Below are positions 60,591 to 64,000 of a stretch of DNA of 64,000 nucleotides, one piece after another. Below the pieces are notes generated by a model. That model was not told the DNA's origin and searched no databases. It saw only the letters and a program-made list of their open reading frames with translations. The first letter of the stretch is position 1. Every line of letters starts with the position of its first letter. The stretch covers positions 576,001-640,000 of the forward strand of contig CAWEJX010000008.1 in the NCBI GenBank assembly GCA_963809485.1, read 5' to 3'. The stretch comes from an uncultured Acidobacteriota bacterium (GTDB taxonomy: Bacteria > Acidobacteriota > UBA6911). The position numbers were made by a program, and so were the translations under genes.

Positions 60591-61340
60591 ATGCGTACCG
60601 CAGGACTGGACATAGGCTCCCGGAGCATCGAGCTTGTCGTGGTGGAGAATCCCGCCGGGGAAATCGTGGCCGCGCAGGAAACGGAAACCACGCCCGAAAT
60701 GGAAATCGTCTGCCGCGACATGCTCGCCGGGGTTTCGTTCGACCGCCTCATGGTGACGGGCTATGGCCGGACGATGGCCGAGGTCGCTTTCGGATTCCCC
60801 TCGGTCACCGAAATCAAGGCTTACGCCCGCGGCGCCCAGGCCCTGGTTCCCGGCTGCCGCACGGTGCTCGATATCGGGGGGCAGGACACCAAGGTCATCG
60901 CACTGGACGGCGCCGGCCGCGTGCTCAATTTCGAAATGAACGACCGGTGCGCGGCCGGCACCGGGCGTTTCCTGGAGATGATCGCCAGGGCTCTCAACTA
61001 CGGGATTGGGAACCTGGGGGCCGGGGCTCTGTCCGGCGACGACGGTGTGCAGATCAGCAGCATGTGCGCCGTCTTCGCCGAATCGGAGGTGGTCGGGCTG
61101 CTGGCGCGCGGCGCCCGCCGGCAGGATATCGCCCTGGCGGTTCACCGAGCCATTGCGGCGCGTGCCGGCAGCATGCTGGCAAGGCTGGGCGTCCAGCTCC
61201 CGGTGGTTTTTGCCGGGGGAGCGGCCCGGAACCGCTGCCTCAAGAAGCTGATAGGAAATTTGGTCGGCGGGAACGTAGTGGTCCCGGGCCAGCCCCAGAT
61301 GCTGGGTGCCCTCGGCGCCGCGCTCATTGCCGGGGATTAA
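60591..61340 (+). CDS. ATP-dependent [4Fe-4S] activase/reductase (HgdC/BcrAD ASKHA family)
   Basis: GLDIGS, TGYGR, DIGGQDTK, MNDRCAAGTGRFLE, SSMCAVFAESE. Confidence 0.93.
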   Translation: MRTAGLDIGSRSIELVVVENPAGEIVAAQETETTPEMEIVCRDMLAGVSFDRLMVTGYGRTMAEVAFGFPSVTEIKAYARGAQALVPGCRTVLDIGGQDTKVIALDGAGRVLNFEMNDRCAAGTGRFLEMIARALNYGIGNLGAGALSGDDGVQISSMCAVFAESEVVGLLARGARRQDIALAVHRAIAARAGSMLARLGVQLPVVFAGGAARNRCLKKLIGNLVGGNVVVPGQPQMLGALGAALIAGD

Positions 61341-61444
61341 GGCTGACGTACGCTGACAGAACGCTGACATACGCCGATAAAAAAATATATATATAAATTT
61401 TTTTCGGCGTGAGTCAGCGTTATGTCAGCGTACGTCAGCGTTAA
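61337..61444. repeat. ACGCTGAC palindromic element between convergent genes
   Basis: Both terminal TTAA supply the stop codons (61338-61340 on +, 61441-61443 on -). Confidence 0.9.
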
Positions 61445-63828
61445 AAAGCGGGACGTATGTCGCCTTCGGCCGTCTTCCAGTGCGGCAGCCAGACCAGCGC
61501 GACCAGGCGGACGGCGACGTCGGATTTCTTCGGCGTCTGCGTACTCACATCAATCTTCTGCGCCGACGGATCGGCGGACGCTTCCAGGGCTTTCGTCTCC
61601 TCCGCAAACTCCGCCTCCAGCTGCGCGCGCTGCCGGCGCAGCACATCCAGGTTTTCCGAAGCCGATTCGATCTCGGCGCGCTCCTTGGCCGTCTGCATGC
61701 CCCGGCGCACGGCGGTCCCGGCGCGCCCGATGTTTCCGGTAGAAAGCGTCTTCCTTCCCAGGAAAGCCCCGAGCAGCGTGGCGCCGATGGACACAGCGGT
61801 CTGAACGCCCGCCTGGCGCATGTCCGCCTTTTCCTTGTCCACGCGCTGTTCGGCGCGGCGTATGCGGTCGTCCAAAGCCGAGATTTTCGTCGAGTATTTC
61901 GCCCTCAACGCATCGACCGCCTTGTCGCGCTTCTCGCGCGCCGACTGGCTGACGCGCACCCGGAAATCGCCCTCGGATTCCCCCGGGTTCGAGGTCAGCC
62001 TGAACTCCGGGCTGCGGTACTGGTCCACCTGCGTCGTGCGATAGAGGAAATCCGCGAAATCCCTGGCCCAGGCTTTGTAGTTCTCCGGCTTGAACGCCGG
62101 CGCGGCCGGCGGGGAGAATTCCGCCGGCGAGACCGGCTCCTTCTCCAGGCGCGTGTCGTCGAAAGCGCCGGCCTGCGCTTCATCCCAGTTGACCGAGACG
62201 GCCGCGTCGGCGATTTCAGCAACGAGGATCCTGTGCAGGTCCTGGCCGGCGCCGAAATGCACGTCGCCCACGCCGCAGGCGGCGGGCTTGTACATGGCTT
62301 TTGCCCCGGACGGTTTGATTCCACGCAGCGGCACGAAGAATTCGGGCACCTGGGGCGGCAGACCGGGCCGTTCGGACGACAGGTTCGCCGCCGGCACCGG
62401 CCGCAGCCGGATACTGCCGCAGGCGCCGGTCCGGCCGGGGCGCTCAAGTTGCTTGATCTGCGCCAGAGTCAGCGGCCCGCGCAGGTACGAAAGGCACCAG
62501 CGCGTCTGAAAGATTTCGGGAGCGTCTTCGTGGATGTTCTTCATCAGGAAAACGCGTTTGCCGAGCGCGGAAAGCGACTTGCGCAAATCAAAGTCCTGGC
62601 CGGCGGCGCCGGAGCCTATTCCCTGCACCAGGCGGTCGATGTCCTGGGCGGTCTGCAGGCGGCCGATGAACCAGGTCCCGGCATTGGAGAGCGCCTTGTA
62701 ATCCAGGTCCACGGGATTCTGGGTGGCGAGCAGCACGCCGACGCCGAAGGCGCGCGCCTGCTTGAACAGCAGCATCAAAGGCTTCTTCGAAGGCGGGTTG
62801 GCGACCGGCGGAAGATAGCCGGCCACCTCATCCATGTAAACCAGCGCCCGCAGGCTGGTCGTGCCGGGCTGCGAGCGCATCCAGGCCACGACGTTATTGA
62901 GCAGCAGCGTCACGAAAAACATCCGCTCGGTGTCCGAAAGATGCGCGATGCTGAAAATGGAGACGCGCGGCTTTCCCTCGGGCGTGTACAGCAGGCGGCC
63001 GACATCCATCGGCTCCCCTTCCATCCAGGGCGCGAACCCGGGCGCGGCCAGCAGGTTGTTCAAAGCCATGGCGAGCTCGAAGCGGTCTTTGACGGGGAAA
63101 AACGAATCGGTATCGAAAGCCCCGACGCGCTGAAAGGGCGGCGTTTGAATAGAGCGTATGAGCGAGGCAATGTCCACGTCCTGGCTTTGACCCCAGTGGT
63201 ATTGAATGATGTTGGAGATCAGGATGTGCTCGCGGCTCCTGATCGGATCGCCCTCAATGCCGATCAGGCTCAGCAGCGCCGTGGCCGTCGACGTGATGAG
63301 GTCCGCCGTCGCCTCCCGGTCCTCGAGCGCAGCCGCGGACGGGCAGGCGAAGCTGTTGAGCACCGAAATGGATCTCCCGGAAGTGCTGCCGGGAGTGTAA
63401 ATGGAAAACTCCGCCGATTCCTTCAGCTTGAGGATGCGCTGCCCGTCCTGTCCCCATTGCTCCAGGCCTTTCTTCCACATCTCCGCCTGGCCGGCGGCGT
63501 ACTGCTCCGGCGGCTGGCCGGCGCGCGCGGCGTCGTCGGCGTTTATCCAGGGCAGGAATTCGGCGGCGCTGAGGCCGGGGAAGCCGAGCAGCAGGTTCCC
63601 CATGTCGCCTTTCGGATCGATGACGAGCGCCGGGATCCGGTCGATGGCGGCTTCCTCGAGCAAATCGATGCACAGCCCGGTCTTGCCGCTGCCCGTCATG
63701 CCCACGCACACGCCGTGGGTCACCAGGTCCTTGGAGTCGTACAGGACCAGGTCTTCCGCCGGCTTGCCCGATGCCAGGTCGAAGCGGCGCCCCAGGTAAA
63801 ACTGTCCCAGCTTTTCGAAGTCTTCCAT
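61441..63828 (-). CDS. HerA/FtsK-like P-loop ATPase (DUF87/DUF853) with C-terminal coiled coil
   Basis: HGVCVGMTGSGKTG, IDPKGD, YMDEV, KQARAFGVG..ATQNPVD. Confidence 0.88.
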   Translation of the reverse strand: MEDFEKLGQFYLGRRFDLASGKPAEDLVLYDSKDLVTHGVCVGMTGSGKTGLCIDLLEEAAIDRIPALVIDPKGDMGNLLLGFPGLSAAEFLPWINADDAARAGQPPEQYAAGQAEMWKKGLEQWGQDGQRILKLKESAEFSIYTPGSTSGRSISVLNSFACPSAAALEDREATADLITSTATALLSLIGIEGDPIRSREHILISNIIQYHWGQSQDVDIASLIRSIQTPPFQRVGAFDTDSFFPVKDRFELAMALNNLLAAPGFAPWMEGEPMDVGRLLYTPEGKPRVSIFSIAHLSDTERMFFVTLLLNNVVAWMRSQPGTTSLRALVYMDEVAGYLPPVANPPSKKPLMLLFKQARAFGVGVLLATQNPVDLDYKALSNAGTWFIGRLQTAQDIDRLVQGIGSGAAGQDFDLRKSLSALGKRVFLMKNIHEDAPEIFQTRWCLSYLRGPLTLAQIKQLERPGRTGACGSIRLRPVPAANLSSERPGLPPQVPEFFVPLRGIKPSGAKAMYKPAACGVGDVHFGAGQDLHRILVAEIADAAVSVNWDEAQAGAFDDTRLEKEPVSPAEFSPPAAPAFKPENYKAWARDFADFLYRTTQVDQYRSPEFRLTSNPGESEGDFRVRVSQSAREKRDKAVDALRAKYSTKISALDDRIRRAEQRVDKEKADMRQAGVQTAVSIGATLLGAFLGRKTLSTGNIGRAGTAVRRGMQTAKERAEIESASENLDVLRRQRAQLEAEFAEETKALEASADPSAQKIDVSTQTPKKSDVAVRLVALVWLPHWKTAEGDIRPAF

Positions 63829-63841
63829 CGCATCCCCCTAA

Positions 63842-63946
63842 TTAACGCTGACGTACGCTGACATAACGCTGACATACGCTGAAAAAAATATATATAAATT
63901 TTTTTATCAGCGTAAGTCGGCGTCAGGTCGGCGTACGTCAGCGTTA
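63842..63946. repeat. ACGCTGAC palindromic element
   Basis: Complete 4+4 copy. Confidence 0.9.
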
Positions 63947-64000
63947 TCTGGCAAACATATACGTAAGCTTCAGGATCACCGCGCGGTCTATCAGATCGCC

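Noticed and set aside
61441-63828. HerA-based anti-phage system
   Set aside because: No SIR2, NurA or nuclease partner is adjacent within the window; the upstream gene is cut off.
55863-63861. Long antisense ORFs (e.g. 55863-58451, 59179-60417, 61480-63861)
   Set aside because: These are shadow frames of well-supported GC-rich genes and have no motifs.

Overview
Bacterial chromosomal window, probably Acidobacteriota (inferred from the acidobacterial-type VWA protein and the EPS locus layout). The left part (1-29.1 kb) looks lower and more uneven in GC. It holds a Wzy-type exopolysaccharide locus and a sensor kinase/LuxR pair separated by about 14 kb of glycosyltransferase cassettes and mobile-element debris (RIT, DDE/DUF6431, group II intron, IS4, serine recombinase). 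A hicBA pair with a dead toxin follows. The right part (30-64 kb) is GC-rich housekeeping DNA (coaE, asnS, namZ, dprA, topA, fusA-like, lgt, rluD, thiI, macro domain, PBP, double-cubane protein plus activase, HerA-like ATPase). Its intergenic spaces carry a ~100-bp palindromic ACGCTGAC element that often supplies stop codons, plus other short repeats. Best candidate for a new system: at 59056-59304, a uORF with a strong SD has an in-frame UGA followed 11 nt later by a SECIS-like hairpin. Mutually exclusive anti-SD and anti-anti-SD helices follow it. Together these suggest a selenocysteine-sensing translational attenuator controlling a double-cubane [8Fe-9S]-type reductase and its ATPase. Many frameshifts in core genes point to indel errors in the assembly, so single-base claims need read-level checking.
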